DNA of 64,000 bases from Monocercomonoides exilis PA203 (GCA_001643675.2 LSRY02000029.1:310001-374000), one strand, 5' to 3'. Positions 21,304 to 34,158 are shown, counted from the first letter of the stretch. The notes: generated from the sequence alone by a model not told the origin. Numbers and translations: made by a program.

Positions 21304-22490
21304 TCAAGAAATTGCATCGGATTCTGTTCCAAACACAGTTCCTTTTGAAAAATACTGAACAAACGGTTTTTTCAATTCGACAAATGTTGGTCTACATGAT
21401 GCTTTTGATGCTACGAACGCTTTTACAGACTCAAAATATGTTGACATACTGACTACAGAAGCGTTTATTCTTTCTCCTTTGGTAATCTTGTTTCCTGCAA
21501 TCACTGTGTCGTACTCCCCAAATGGGATCTGGAGTGTCAAACGCTCCCACAGCATCATCCCAATCGAAAACACAACTGACTCCTTCGTCGCCCCCATCTT
21601 CTTGTTCATCTGCAGCTCGGGTGCCTTCCACCTCAGGCACTCCTTTTTGAAGGCATCCTCATCCTCTTCAAATGCCGATGAAGGAAGGGAGTCATCATCA
21701 TCATCACCATCATCATCACTGGCAGATGTCACAACTGTTGATGAAGAGATGGAGGATGAATCTGAATCATCATCTGACAATAAGTCAGAGTGCATCACAA
21801 TGCAGATCACCATGTGTTCTGAGAAAAGAACAATGTGAGGGCTCAGATTGGAAAGAGATTGAAGAGGGTTTTCCATTTCATCAAAGGAGTGCAGCGCAAG
21901 GTTGGACACCCAGAACAGGATTTGAGCAGCTGTTTGTTCTCTCTCCTTCAATGTGCCAATCGCCATCTCCTTCTTTTCATTCCTTCCATGCAACAACATG
22001 AACAGTGAATCCCTCAAGTCCACAATCAGTTTCTCATGAGTAGATGAGCATGCCATTGCATCCACCAAGTTCGACATTGATGAGGTTGTTGGGCACAGAC
22101 TCTTCGATCGAACAAAAGTTGAATCTGAATCACTCGTTGAAGTGGATGAAACGGATGACTCTGGAAATCTCTTTCTCGTTTCCTCTTCTGTTTCTTCGTC
22201 TTCCTCCTTTTCCTATATCCATTGAGGGATCTTGTCTGAGTCTCTCCACAAGATATATTCGGTTTTCCCACTCTCAGAAAGAAGAAGCTCTTCTGATTCC
22301 GAATACAAAAACCGCTTCTCATAAACAAACTTCATTTTCATATCCTTTTTCATTTTCCACGCCTCCCGTGCGACTTTCCTTCACTGCTCCTGGTCTATGT
22401 CTGCATCTCAGTTTCTCAAAAACCTTCTGAACTTGCTTAAATGTGTCATTCTCAAATTGTTAATATTTCAAACTTCATTCTTTGATATTT
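21304..22490 (-). pseudogene. Captured fragment (cytoplasmic pseudokinase region) of the receptor-like gene family, inside the hAT element
   Basis: MSNLVDAMACSSTHEKLIVDLRDSLFMLLHG...LRWKAPEL...SIGMMLWERLTLQIPFG closely matches the C-terminus of 11150-17062. Its upstream part QEQ*RK...SESGKTEYILWRDSDKIPQWI*EK has in-frame stops. No TM or ectodomain. Confidence 0.9.
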
Positions 22491-25399
22491 TTTCAAATGA
22501 AAGAGTTAAAATTATTGTGAAAAATCTACAGTTAAAACATTTAATAATTTTCTCAACTTTCAAACACTAAAAATCTAAATTTTTCTTTGAAAAAATAAAC
22601 TTTTATTCAATTATCGATTTGAAATTGTGTTTATTTTTAAAAATCAATTGAAATCTATACAAAAACAATAAAATGAAAATAATCAAAACACAATTCAAAT
22701 CAAAATTTTAAAGGATCGTAAAAGTGTGTGAAATTTCTAAAAGCTTATGCTCAATCATCCACTACCTATGAAATTAGCAAATTCTTAAAATTCTCAAACA
22801 GGTTGAAATGATTGTGCATTGAAAAATGCGAGAGTGAAATAATAGTTCATTAACAAAGATCATTTTTGAGAACAAAATGAAATTGGCGAGAAGCAAAAAA
22901 CATACTACAGACATTAAATATATGCCATAAATATTTATGAAATGCGAAGCTTACAACACTTTATATTTAACGATTCATCAGTTAAACAATTAATTATTTT
23001 GATCAAACCCATTATTAGGATAAAATTATTTATAATTATGGTATTTTTGATCTTTGAAAAATTGAAACTTTTTTCTTAAATTTTTTTGTTATTTATTTAT
23101 TTGTTTTTGTTCAATCGAATTATTCAACACAGATAAAAACTTTCATGTCTCAAAAAAAAAAAAAAATTCGACATTGGTTTTTCCAATCGACCGACAATCA
23201 TCGTTCAATTTTTCCTTGTCGCAAAGGCTTAAATTAATCCGTGTGAAACGATGCAGATTTTGTCTTTTCGTCTTTATCTGAAGTTTTGTTTTCACATTAG
23301 TATTTTTTGACTTCAAATTTTTTAATTGTTAAAAGTGTCCAATGCAAATAATTCTGTAAAAATAGTTATTCGTAAATGTTAAATATATTTTGATTTTTAA
23401 CCAATTATTGTGTCATAATTATTATTGAAAATTCCAATAATCAAAGATCTGTAATTGTGTGACACTATTGTTTGGAAAATATATTATTTGTTAATTAGTT
23501 TTTGCTAAGATGCGTTGTGCATATATTCAGAATATATTGCACTTCAACATGCGAAAGGAAAGGATGTAGAAAAGTTTGCTGAAATTTTTATTTGGGATAG
23601 AATTCTTTCTTTTATGAAAAATTCAATGATTTGTTTAAATCTTTTTCTGCAATCGTAAGATTATTATTCTTGCATTATCTTGCAATATAAAATATGAAAA
23701 TATAAAAAATCGAAAAAAACCTTTGAAAGAACTGTGTGGAACAAAATTCATAAAACAAAAAATTTTGTCCCATTTTTATTGTTAACGAAAAAGAAATAAT
23801 ACCATTTGTTTAAGTCATGAAACGCAATATTTCTATTTAAGTTTGAGATAGAAACTTAAAGAATTGGAATGATTTCTTTTTCTTCTTTTTGTTCTATATT
23901 TTTTCCTATTTAAGAAATAGAGCAACGTATTTCAAACAAGCAGTATTCCTTGGATAAACAAAAATTTAGTGGACATATAAGGCGCTGAAGAAGGATTTTT
24001 TGTTTTAAATGGAGAAGAAGGTTTGCTATTAATTTTGTTACAACATATGAATGTTTTATATTGACAGCTATTGCCCTAATTTAAGAGCAGCAGATCGAAA
24101 TGATTGAAAATGAATAAAAGCTTTATTTCTTGTTATTCAGTCTGACTATCAAGTTGGGAGAGCGAATTCATATGGAAAGTACACAGGATGAAGGGATTGG
24201 TAAGGGAATTGGAAACATAATTTTTCACAAAAAACAGGATGTATTTAATTGAAAAAGATGGAATTGAACAAAATCCATAAATTTCACATTCTTCAGAAGG
24301 GACAGAAATCGATGCATTTGATGGAGGAAAGGTTGCTGGAAAGGATGCTTTGCGAATCAGATGATGGAACACTTGAAAAAGGAAGGAAAATCGAAATTTT
24401 ATTGGAGGGAAATGAACATTGAAAAGGGAATATAAAACAGAAAATTGCTTATAAAAATGTTCTGAAAGTTTGTTGTTGTTATTTATTTTGAACTGATCTT
24501 TCTTTTTCATTCAGAATGCTGAAAGAATGAGGGATTGGATGGCTTTGAAGAAAAAGAAGTAAAGCAGGGAAGGAAAAATACAGATAGACAGAAGAAATGC
24601 GAGATGTTTCGAAGATGCATAGAATCGGGCTTTGGAGAAAAACTATTTTTGAGGAAAGATGATTTGAGTGAAATAAGGGAAACGAAAAAAGAAGAGATGG
24701 AATGAAAAAGGAATCGCTCAATATTTCATATTTTTTGTTGGAAAGAGAGAAAGAATCAAATTGAAGTTGCTATGAATTCAAAGGATATTATTTGCCAGAA
24801 GAAGACAAAATCCTGAAGAAGAGAATTTCAATGAATTTCTCCGTTGATGAAAATTGGATCTCATCTTCTCAATTTTCAACAATTAATCGTCTCATTCAAC
24901 ACATTCATCATCATCTTCTTCTTCCACTTCTTTCACATCATGTGATTGAATTTCTTCGAATTCTGCATTGAAATCAGAGATACAGATAAAAATGAAAAGG
25001 AAACAAGGAAATATATTGATGAAGGAAAACGTAACAAATAAAAATGAGAAAAAGATGAATAGAAAATGGAAAATAAGAAAGATTGATGAATAAAGTGAAA
25101 GAAAACAAAGTTCTTGATCTAATAAAATATTTTGAAAGGAAATGTGGTCAAAAGGTTTGAAGAAATTTTTGCTATGATAAATATTTAGTGGAAAAGGAGA
25201 AAAGAAGGATGAGAAGAGAAACGAACAAGAAATGCATGCAGCAGCGAAACAAGATAAGGATTAAGAAGTGATAACTGAAGACGAAGATGACAATGAGCAG
25301 AAACAGAAGAAATAGCTCCATTTCTGTTTGCACCGAGCGGTGGCTGAAACAGAAACCCTTTCAAAAGAAAAGAATCCCAGTGGCATTCTGAAAATCTGA

Positions 25400-27250
25400 T
25401 AGCCGAGCTGCTTTTGAACAAAATTCTCAAAAATATCTTCTGGTCTGGTGGTTCTCTGAAACCATCATCCCGTTATCTGCCTTCCTTTCCCTCACCCAGC
25501 ATTCATTTCGTCCTTCTTTCCAAATCGTCTCCATCCAAATCCTGCAGCCCATCCAATCAACCAAGCTTCTCCTTCTTCGATGGCATTTGCCCTTCATGTC
25601 CTCTTCCTCCTTTATTTGGATCTTGCACCCCCAAAGGATGCAGACGAAATACGTAGCCTTTCTTATTCATTGCTCCTGTTGGAATAAGCAATTGAACGGA
25701 CCAAATCTCCTGTCAATGCACGACACCTGCTACATCAATTTATTGAGAACGCAATGGAACTGAAACAGAAACAGAAACAGACCAGAAAATGAGCTTGAAG
25801 ATGAAATCAACAAGGAAGAGAGAGATTCAATTGCTCCACACATTTCGTCTGTGTAAGCCATCCTTCTTCCTCCAGCACTGCCGCTTCGAGACTCTCTCAG
25901 CGTACCCAAGTTCCCTTTGTTCTCTCTTGTTGTTCCTTTCGTGGCAGATGTCATTGGGGTGAGGTTGTACATCCTGAACGCTTCTCTCTCCTCTCTTTCT
26001 GCAAAATACTGAACTTCTGCTCCGCTTTTGCCTATGCTGCAATCTCCAGCGCCTGCTTCGTGGTTTCATTGAGCTGAATGCAACTGGTAAATGTTCGCTA
26101 TTGCAGCGTCAATGCAGCTTCTGCCGAAAGAGGATCAACAAGCTGCCTTGCCAGCTCAAACATAAACTGGTTCTTTTCGTTTCTCGCTTTTTTGAGAACA
26201 GTTCGGATCCACTTAAATCCTGTGGTTATTTTAATGCACCGAGATTTCTCCATGCGCTCAATGACACTCATTCTCGGTGGCTGCTTGCGAATGCTTGGTT
26301 GGTGCGGGGAAATTACCAGCGAGGAGGAAGAGGAGCTTGAATTTTTGTTTTTTTCTCATCCACAAGCAGCTCTGCGTCTTTCTTTGCGATAAAGCCTTCG
26401 CCTGCCAGCAGCGCTTGGAGCTCAGTTTTTGTGTGTGTGATGCCTTAAGTTCCATCACTTCCTCTCCGCTCTGATCCTTCTCCAACATTCTCGTTCATCT
26501 CACTCATCGAGCTGTATCTGCTTCCCAACTTGATCTGAATCCTAACCAAATATCCCCTCTGCATCAGCGAACGTAAGCTCCAGTTTATTGTCCACTTATC
26601 ATACGCCTGCACAATCCCTTTCGTGATAGAATACTCAAACAGAGGGAAATAAGTTGCAGACGCATTCAGCCGCTCCACATCAGACAGGTCCAGTCTGTTA
26701 TCGATGCTCGTCCCACCTTCGTTCCGCAGCACAATCGACTGCATCGGTGCATCCACCTCGCAGATTGGCATCTGCTCCAGAAAGTGCATCGCAGTTATCT
26801 CTGCGCCTCGCCCGATCTCAAACACAGCATGCTCCTCGGTTAAACTCATCGTTTGCCACGCGATCTCCAAAACGTCTTGCTTCCCAGCGGAGCAGCACCC
26901 AAATTGAAAGTCAAATGCAGCAGACTCTGCATAAAGCGTGTATCAGCCTCTGTGAAAAGTATTTCTTCGTGGAGGTTGAATGTCTCCTCTGTTAGTGTGA
27001 GCTCGTAGGCAAAAATACTGTTTGGAAAGTTAAATGACAGCTTTTCCTTCAGAATCTTGTTCTCATTGATCCAGCAGTGCTCATCCACACATCTGTAGAT
27101 GGAAGGATTCTTGTGATTTTTCCAATACATGAAACTGTTAGTGCATTTGACAAGATGCAAATGGTTAAAAAATGTTTTGATCGTGCGGAGCACTCTCCAC
27201 AGAATGGCATTGCTGTGTTGTTTTTTTGGATGGACTAGGAAGAATTGCAA
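25400..27250 (-). pseudogene. Degraded coding-like region of unknown origin
   Basis: GC-richer, codon-like sequence broken into overlapping ORFs in different frames (26846-27250, 26445-26870, 26258-26488, 25827-26069) with stops. No family recognised. Confidence 0.4.
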
Positions 27251-28674
27251 ATGTAAAAATAGTTAAAGAAGGAATGATTTGTTTATCGAATGGTTTTAGA
27301 AGAGGAAGAGAAGAATAAAGGAAAGATACAAACAATTAATGACTGTATGAATGAAGGCCAGTGAAGTGATCTTCATTTCACAAGCTGTATCAATCGAATG
27401 AAATGATTAAATGCTAACACTCAAACAAATCAATATTCATTTTATAATAAAGGTTAGAATTGATGATGCTGCGAAAGAGTATTTAGATTTTTTATTTTGT
27501 TTTAATTTTGCATTGTTCATCTGTTACTGTCTTTCATGAAATTTCAATTTCAGAGACCTTCATTGCTGGAACATAAAACCACAAGTTTGCGATGTTAGAC
27601 AAAGCGAATGTCCCGTCTTTTATAAAGATGAAAACATATGTCTGCATGATTTTTCATTTTTAAAATACATATTATGAGAAATCATTCACAACTTTAAGAT
27701 CATTTTGTTGTGTTGAGAGTGTTGTATTTTTGTACATGATTTATATGCTTTGTTTGCTCAATAAGCATTACTTGAAAAATAGAATGAAATGAAATTAATT
27801 TCAAATAAATAAGTTAAAAAGTTAATAAAGAAAGAAATAAACAAATAAAGGAGAGAGAAGAAAGAAAAGAACGAAAGGCTTTTGGTTGATCTTTGCGAAT
27901 GCTTCTCTTTGCTGGATTTCTCCATCCCTTCATATGAATTGCGTTCAATTTGTGTGCCTTGCCTTCTGAAAATTGCTTCGAACAAAGAAGAAAGAGAGGA
28001 AGCTCAGAAAGAAGTGGATATAGCGTTGTTGGCTTAGAGCAATATTGGGCGTTGGGAAGTTTAATTTTTATTTTGAACAATTTTAACGTTTGCTGATAAT
28101 TAAATAAATGGTTTATAGGATTAAGAAAATGAAGCATATTTGAATGAAATCAAAGGAATCATCGAACATCATCAAGAGCATCACAATCTGACACAACTGG
28201 CGTATCAATCTGCTTGGAATTTTTTGATAAATAGATTATTTAAAGAAAAAGAATTTGAAAATTTGATTGGGAATGATATGAATTTCGTGAGAGAAGCGAC
28301 AAAAGAACCAAGAGAAATGATAGAAAGAATGGATTGGATGAAAAAGGATAAAGAAGTTCAGAAATTAAAATTGAAGTGGATCATCATAAGATGGTGTAAT
28401 TCGATAAACATTTTCTTTTTCATGATGGGATATTATCGTGAAGAGTATGCTGACTTGATGAAATGCATTGTGAGACTGTACAAAGAGGCAAACAAATTTC
28501 ACAAAGAAACATCAAACAAGTGCCTATTTATTTTTAATGATTTGAAAAATTTGAAAATGGTGAATGCCAAGATTTGTTGTGTTGTGAAGATGTGAATATT
28601 ATTGTTGAGGTGATGTGGCAGTCAACATCACAATTATTTCTTGAAGATGTCATTATGGATTTCTTGTTTTGTCC

Positions 28675-29629
28675 GGCAAATGGTACTTATAAGCCACCTC
28701 ACAAATCTTTATAAAACAAAGAAATAATCAAAGAGAGCATGTTGTTTTTTAAATTTAAGAAGAATGATATGTGGAAAAATCGGTATATATTTATCAGCCT
28801 CCCATTCAGATGCATAAGCTCCATCCCCAGCCCCATCTGATGATGTATCTGTTTCAAGTTCATAATCGGATTCTGAAGATTCTTCTTCGTGAAGCATTTC
28901 TGCTTCAGCTTCTTCTTCCTCTTCTTCTGCACCAAAAGCTTCATCCACAAGAGCTTTGTATTCTTCATCACTGAATTTCAAAACATTCGACACAAAAATG
29001 GAAAAATCAACTTTTCGATTTCAGAAAAACAAAAATGAATGGATATATTCTTGCATTCTATTTTGTCTTACTCCATGTGAAGGCAGGAACTTTCGAAGTG
29101 CAGCCCACAACGCTTCGATATGATTTGTGCAAGCGCCTGTGATTGGATCTGAATAAGTGAAAAATAACATTTCATGAAAAAAGACAATAAAAAAAGGAAA
29201 AAAAAACCTACAAAATGATCGGAATGATTGACAGTCTTGTGTGTGAATCCATTCTCACTTAAAGAAGAATAAGCTTTCCATTGATCAGAGTGAATTTCTG
29301 TTCCGGTACGAATATATTTTTTTATTAATAGAATTAATACTGAAGCAGATCTGTTTGCCACAGGGTAAACAAATGCTTTTCCTCCATCAAATGATTAAAT
29401 GTTTAACATTCGTTAATGTTTTTGGTATTATATATTACTCATCAATAAAAAAACCGACAATTTTGTGCTCGAATATTTTGAATTTTTTTTTGGGTTGATC
29501 AATTTTTTTTTCAATAAAATCTGATTTTACCACTAATTAACGATTGAATTATCTTTTCAAATGTGCTTTAAACAAATGATCTGAAGTTTATCTTTAATTT
29601 GGCAAGGTGGCGTATAAGTACCATATGCC
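28675..29629 (-). mobile_element. Internally deleted Merlin DNA transposon (955 bp)
   Basis: Imperfect ~25-bp TIRs ggcaaatggtacttataagccacct and (reverse complement) ggcatatggtacttatacgccacct with GG...CC termini. Identical 8-bp TSD TTTTGTCC at 28667-28674 and 29630-29637. Confidence 0.93.
28709..29385 (-). pseudogene. Merlin transposase C-terminal half with a 59-nt intron (29207-29149) and an in-frame TGA
   Basis: VANRSASVLILLIKKYIRTGTEIHSDQWKAYSSLSENGFTHKTVNHSDHFV|DPITGACTNHIEALWAALRK...FLFF*NRK..., followed by an acidic tail. Confidence 0.9.
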
Positions 29630-29696
29630 TTTTGTCCAACAAAAAGATTGAAATGCAAGTGTAATGAAGAAATTTATGAATCAAAAAGAAAGGAAA

Positions 29697-29738
<42 letters not shown>

Positions 29739-30529
29739 TATGAGTAATTTGAGGAAAAAGGATATGAAGATATTATTACAAGTTTTTATAAAACATATTT
29801 CAAGTATTTGTTATACTTACCAAAAAGGCCGACAAATTATTATGGTTGCCTATAATTAAAAAAGGTTTGAATTTTTTTGTATTAAAATATGATTTATTTT
29901 TTTAATTTATTATTTCTTTCTTTGAATAATTAAACAATTCAGTTGATTCTTTGAATAATAAAACTTTCGTTAAAGTTTTGATGAAAATATTTTTTTCTCG
30001 ATGCGATTTATTAAAAAAAGTATGAAAAGGTTTTTGTGTATTGTTTTAAGAATTGATTGTTTTTTTTAAAATAATCGATAGAGTGAAAAAATTGTATGCC
30101 GTCTTGCACATGTCCAATTCAAATATTATCGATTTTCTCTCAAAAAAATATTCAATGTGAAATAATCCTTTTCAACGAAAAAGTTGTTTCTGCGCTTTTC
30201 AAGTTCGACTGAAAACCGAAAAAAATGAGAAAAATTGAACGTCAATTTCAAAGATAATCGTTTTCTTAATCTGAAAATTATTTTGGAACATCAATTTTTT
30301 CCCCCGTATCCTATTATATATCTCGCAGTCGACTTTGTTAAAAAAACAAACGAACGAAAAACACCCATTTTTCAATTGAAAAAATGTTTTATCCTCGTTT
30401 GCCACAAAAAAAGGAACAGGTTTTTGTTATTATGCTCATACAAAAATCATTGTTGATTCCATCGATTTGTTTGCATCTGAACTGCACAAATGCTATTCAA
30501 AATGGTTTTTTTAAAAATAAATTCAAAAG

Positions 30530-31921
30530 ACTCTGAGAACAAATGAATTTGCTCGTTTGAATATTCTTTTTCACTTTTATAAAATTGCATTTTGTTTTAT
30601 TTTAAGGCCTCTTTTCAAAATTGGATATATGCACATTCGATGAGCAGAAACAAAAATTTTGTAAAATGAAGGAATTGATTGAAGAGATGGATGAAAACGA
30701 AATGAAATATGCTCTCACAGAAGAAGTTTTCAATAAAATCGATTGCATGATTGAAGAAAAGAAACTGCCACTGGAAAGCGCCATTGACTTTTTGAAGCAC
30801 ATAGGCTATTATGAGATTTTGAGGAACATATCGAATACTAATTATATGACTTCATCGCTGAGGAAAAAATTTGATGAGATTCTTATTGAAGAAGAGATAA
30901 AGAAGGAAGATAGGAATGAAAAGACTCGCTCTGATCTTTGTGAATGCTGCATTTTGCTGAACTGCTTGTTTTTATCTGAATCGATTTCAAACTATGTGCC
31001 CAATCTTTTGAAAGCTACATTGAATAAAGTGGAAAACGAGGATGCTCAAAAAGAAGTGGAAATAGCTTTGCTGGCTTTGAACAACATTGCCTATTATTAT
31101 GCATGAATATTATTATTTCCATTTTGATATTATTGAATTTTCTTTTCATTGCTTTTTGCTAGGACATTGAAAAAGCATTGTATCTGAATGAGATAAAAGA
31201 AATTATGAAATATCATATGGATCATCGCAATCTCACTCCACTCGCATATCAGTCTGCTTGGAAATTTTTGATTGAAAGAGTTCGCAAAGAAAGCAGTTTG
31301 GAAGTTATAATCGCGAATGAATTGCATTTTGGGAGAGAAGCATCAAGAGAATTGACAGAGCTTGCAAAACTTCTCGATGCGAAGAGGAAGTCTAAAACGA
31401 AAGGGGATATGGAAGGCAAGGTGATATTAAGATGGCTCAACACAATCAGCTTCTATTTTTTGAACTGCAAATTATGGAATAAAGAGCATTCTGTGATTGT
31501 TGGAAGCATTGCAAGCCTATATAAATCAACAAAGAACTATTTCGAAGATATAAGAATGCTGTGCATTCGTTCATTTGTGAGTGCTGCAGGAAACAGAGTT
31601 GTGAAAGTTAGAACTTTGTTGAAAAATGGGGCTGTTGATGTTTTCTTGGAGGAAATTCATCAGTCAACATTGATAAACAATAATTTTGCAACTTCTTTGG
31701 AATTTTTCGAAGACCTTTGTGAAAGATTGAAAGAAGAGATGGAAAGAAAGGAAGATGAGATAAAACGAAAAGAAACGAAAAGGAAAGTGCTTGAAAAGTT
31801 GGAAGAAGAGGGATACGAAGACATTATTGTGAGTTTTCACAAAACGCATCCATTCATGACAAGCGGTACTCAATATATGATGAAGACAAAAAAGACATGC
31901 GATTATTTTGTGCATATTTAA
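30530..31921 (+). CDS. Lineage-specific 'AYQSAW'-family helical protein; introns 30555-30606 and 31101-31162 (GC-AG); first exon unresolved
   Basis: TLRTNEFA|RLFSKLDIC..EQKQK..DLCECC..PNLLKA..QKEVEIALLAL..YYY|DIEKALYLNEIKEIMKYHMDHRNLTPLAYQSAW..LEEEGYEDII..DYFVHI*. Paralogous to both neighbours. Confidence 0.8.
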
Positions 31922-32739
31922 GGAGTAAGTGCTATTTGACACTTCATTTTCATCATTGTTTCAGAAATGCAGAAGAGAAATGAAATGGAATTGAAATTCT
32001 GATTCAGAAGAAAAAGCGAACAAAAAATGAACTGAAAAAGATAAAGAGAAAAGAAGAGAACAGAAAAGATTGCGTTCCGAAGTGAAATTTCTTCTTCTTC
32101 TTCTTCTTCAACCTTACGAACACACATCATAAACAGTCAATTCAACAATTATCTTCTTCGCTTTCGTCGGTTCACCATGGAATGATTTCTTTCCATTTCA
32201 TTCTTACAAAGCTCACTGAATTTTGAAGAATTTTTCGAATTTTTATATAAGAAAACAAAATAACAATATCTCCACTTTTTCTTGATTGTGAAATAACAAC
32301 TGTGATCACATCACCTATTTCGTAGTTATCTTCTTCTTTATCTTATTTTCTGATGTTGATGAGAAAATAGATAAGCACAAATATTCTTGAAAAAAATATA
32401 AAAAAAGTTAAACTAATAAAAACGGACAGAAAAGAGGTAATTGAAGATAATTGCTGAATGGAGAAGAACATAATTATCACATTATCTTTGAAAAAAAAGG
32501 ATAAAAGAGACAATTCATTTGAGAAAGAAGAATGATGAAGAAAAGAATAAAATGAAAAATCAAAAAAGTGACAATTTTCTCTTTTCTTTTCTAATTTTTG
32601 CTTCCTTTTTATTTCACTTCGAAGAAATGAAAAAAGACCTTTGAAAAAGGTCAAATGGTTGCTTGTTTTCGTTTTAATAAAACGACAAAAAAAGTGAAAT
32701 TAATGTCTTAATATATTTTTATTGTTGGATATCATTTCT

Positions 32740-34158
32740 TCAAACATTCGCAAAATAATCTGCTAAATTATTTGTTAATGCACGATGATATTTTCCGTTA
32801 TAAAATCAAATATTTCATGAAAACTAATTATGGCATCTTCATATCCTTCTTCTTCCATTATTTCAAGCACTTTCCTTTTTGCTGATTTTATTTTTGCTTC
32901 ATCTGTTTCATCATCATCCTCTTTTTTCAATCTATTTGAAATTGATAAAAAGTATCTCAAGCTTTCAAATGCTATTTCGTCATTTAGCGTTGACTGCCGA
33001 ATTTCCTCTAAAACTGTATCAAAAGCACCACTCTCCAACAAGCCATCATCTCCAACAACTCTGTTTTCAGCTGAACTCCTAAAAGCTTCAATGCATCTGC
33101 AACTAACATCCCTTTCATTTCCTCTTGCTGCTGCGCACAGTTTTACAAGGGAACGCAACAATGCAACATATTCTTCATTCCATAATTTGAAACTGGAAAA
33201 GAAAGCATTAGCAAATGAAATCCATCTCTTTATCACTGAAACTTTTAATTCTTCTCCTTTCCTTCCATTATCCACTTTCTTCCAACTCAAATAATTAAAC
33301 AGTTCTTCCAATTCTCTTGAAACTTCTCTACAAAAATGTAGTTCGCTCGTAATAACTTCTTCCAAGTTTTTTTCAAAAAATAATCTATTGATCAAAAATT
33401 GCCAAGCCGATTGATATGCAAATTGTGTCAGGTTGTGGAACTTTTGATGATATTCAATTATCTCTTTGATTTCATTCAAATATATTGTTTGCTCCACACG
33501 CTATCAATAAAAAGAGGTGAAAAACTAAAACAAAAAAAAAAACAAACAATAAAATGAAATATTCACACAGCATATTCAGGAATGCAACTCAATGCTTGCA
33601 AAGTCATTTCCACTTCTTTTTGTGTTTTTTCGCTTTTCTCTTTGTTCAATGCAGCTTTCAGAAGGCAAGGAACGCAAATTGATATTAATTCTTTTGAAGG
33701 AGAGTTGATGCGTAGTAAAAGAGAGCATTTGCAAAGATCAATCAGTAGCTTTTCGTTCTTTACTTCTTTTTTCTTTTCTTCATCGATAATCATCTTCTCA
33801 AATCTTTTACCCAGCAAAGAAAAACAAAAGTTATATCTCAGCACGTTTCCAAGCATTTTGCAAAATCCTAAATGCTTAATAATCAAAATAACATTTTCCA
33901 GAGATATTTTCTTTTCTTCAATCATTTTGTCAATTTTGTTGAAGATCTCTTTTGTGAAAACTTGTATTCGTTTGTTTCTGTCCATTTCATCCATCACTTC
34001 ATTCATTTCTTCGATTTTCTGCTTCTGATTTTCCTCATCGCAATCTTCAAGTTCATTAAACAATTCTTCAAGAAAGAAAAGACGAAAGAAATCAAATCAA
34101 CAGAATTAAAATCCAATAATTCTTGAAAACCAATGAATCTTTCAGTGACGCTCGTTGT
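32740..34158 (-). CDS. Lineage-specific 'AYQSAW'-family helical protein; probable homopolymer frameshift near the 3' end; first exon unresolved
   Basis: SVTERFI|ELFNELEDC..KLLIDLCKC..CVPCLLKA..QKEVEM..PEYA|RVEQTIYLNEIKEIIEYHQKFHNLTQFAYQSAW..EEEGYEDAII. The family-like ending ADYFANV* (TGA at 32740) is in a shifted frame. Confidence 0.8.

Larger units (their letters stand above)
17195..23231 (+). mobile_element. Full-length hAT DNA transposon (6,037 bp) carrying a captured host gene fragment
   Basis: Perfect 15-bp TIR TAAGCCTTTGCGACA (17195-17209 and 23217-23231), identical 8-bp TSD AATTAATC (17187-17194 and 23232-23239), and an internal hAT transposase. Confidence 0.95.
27845..29855 (+). pseudogene. 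5'-truncated 'AYQSAW'-family paralog interrupted by a Merlin element
   Basis: KNERLLVDLCEC...ICVPCLLKIASNKEEREEAQKEVDIALLA* (TAG), then HHNLTQLAYQSAWNFL, then frameshifts. The reading frame resumes after the TSD (KRLKCKCNEEIYESKRKETK...GYEDIITSFYKT). Confidence 0.85.

Noticed and set aside
23405-23470. Short imperfect inverted repeat (gtgtcataatt / aattgtgtgacac)
   Set aside because: Too short and AT-rich to distinguish from chance.
8064-29855. In-frame TAA/TAG read as Gln (alternative genetic code)
   Set aside because: In-frame stops occur only in decayed elements that also have TGA stops or frameshifts. The long intact genes have none, and MORN5 ends in TAG at the expected position.
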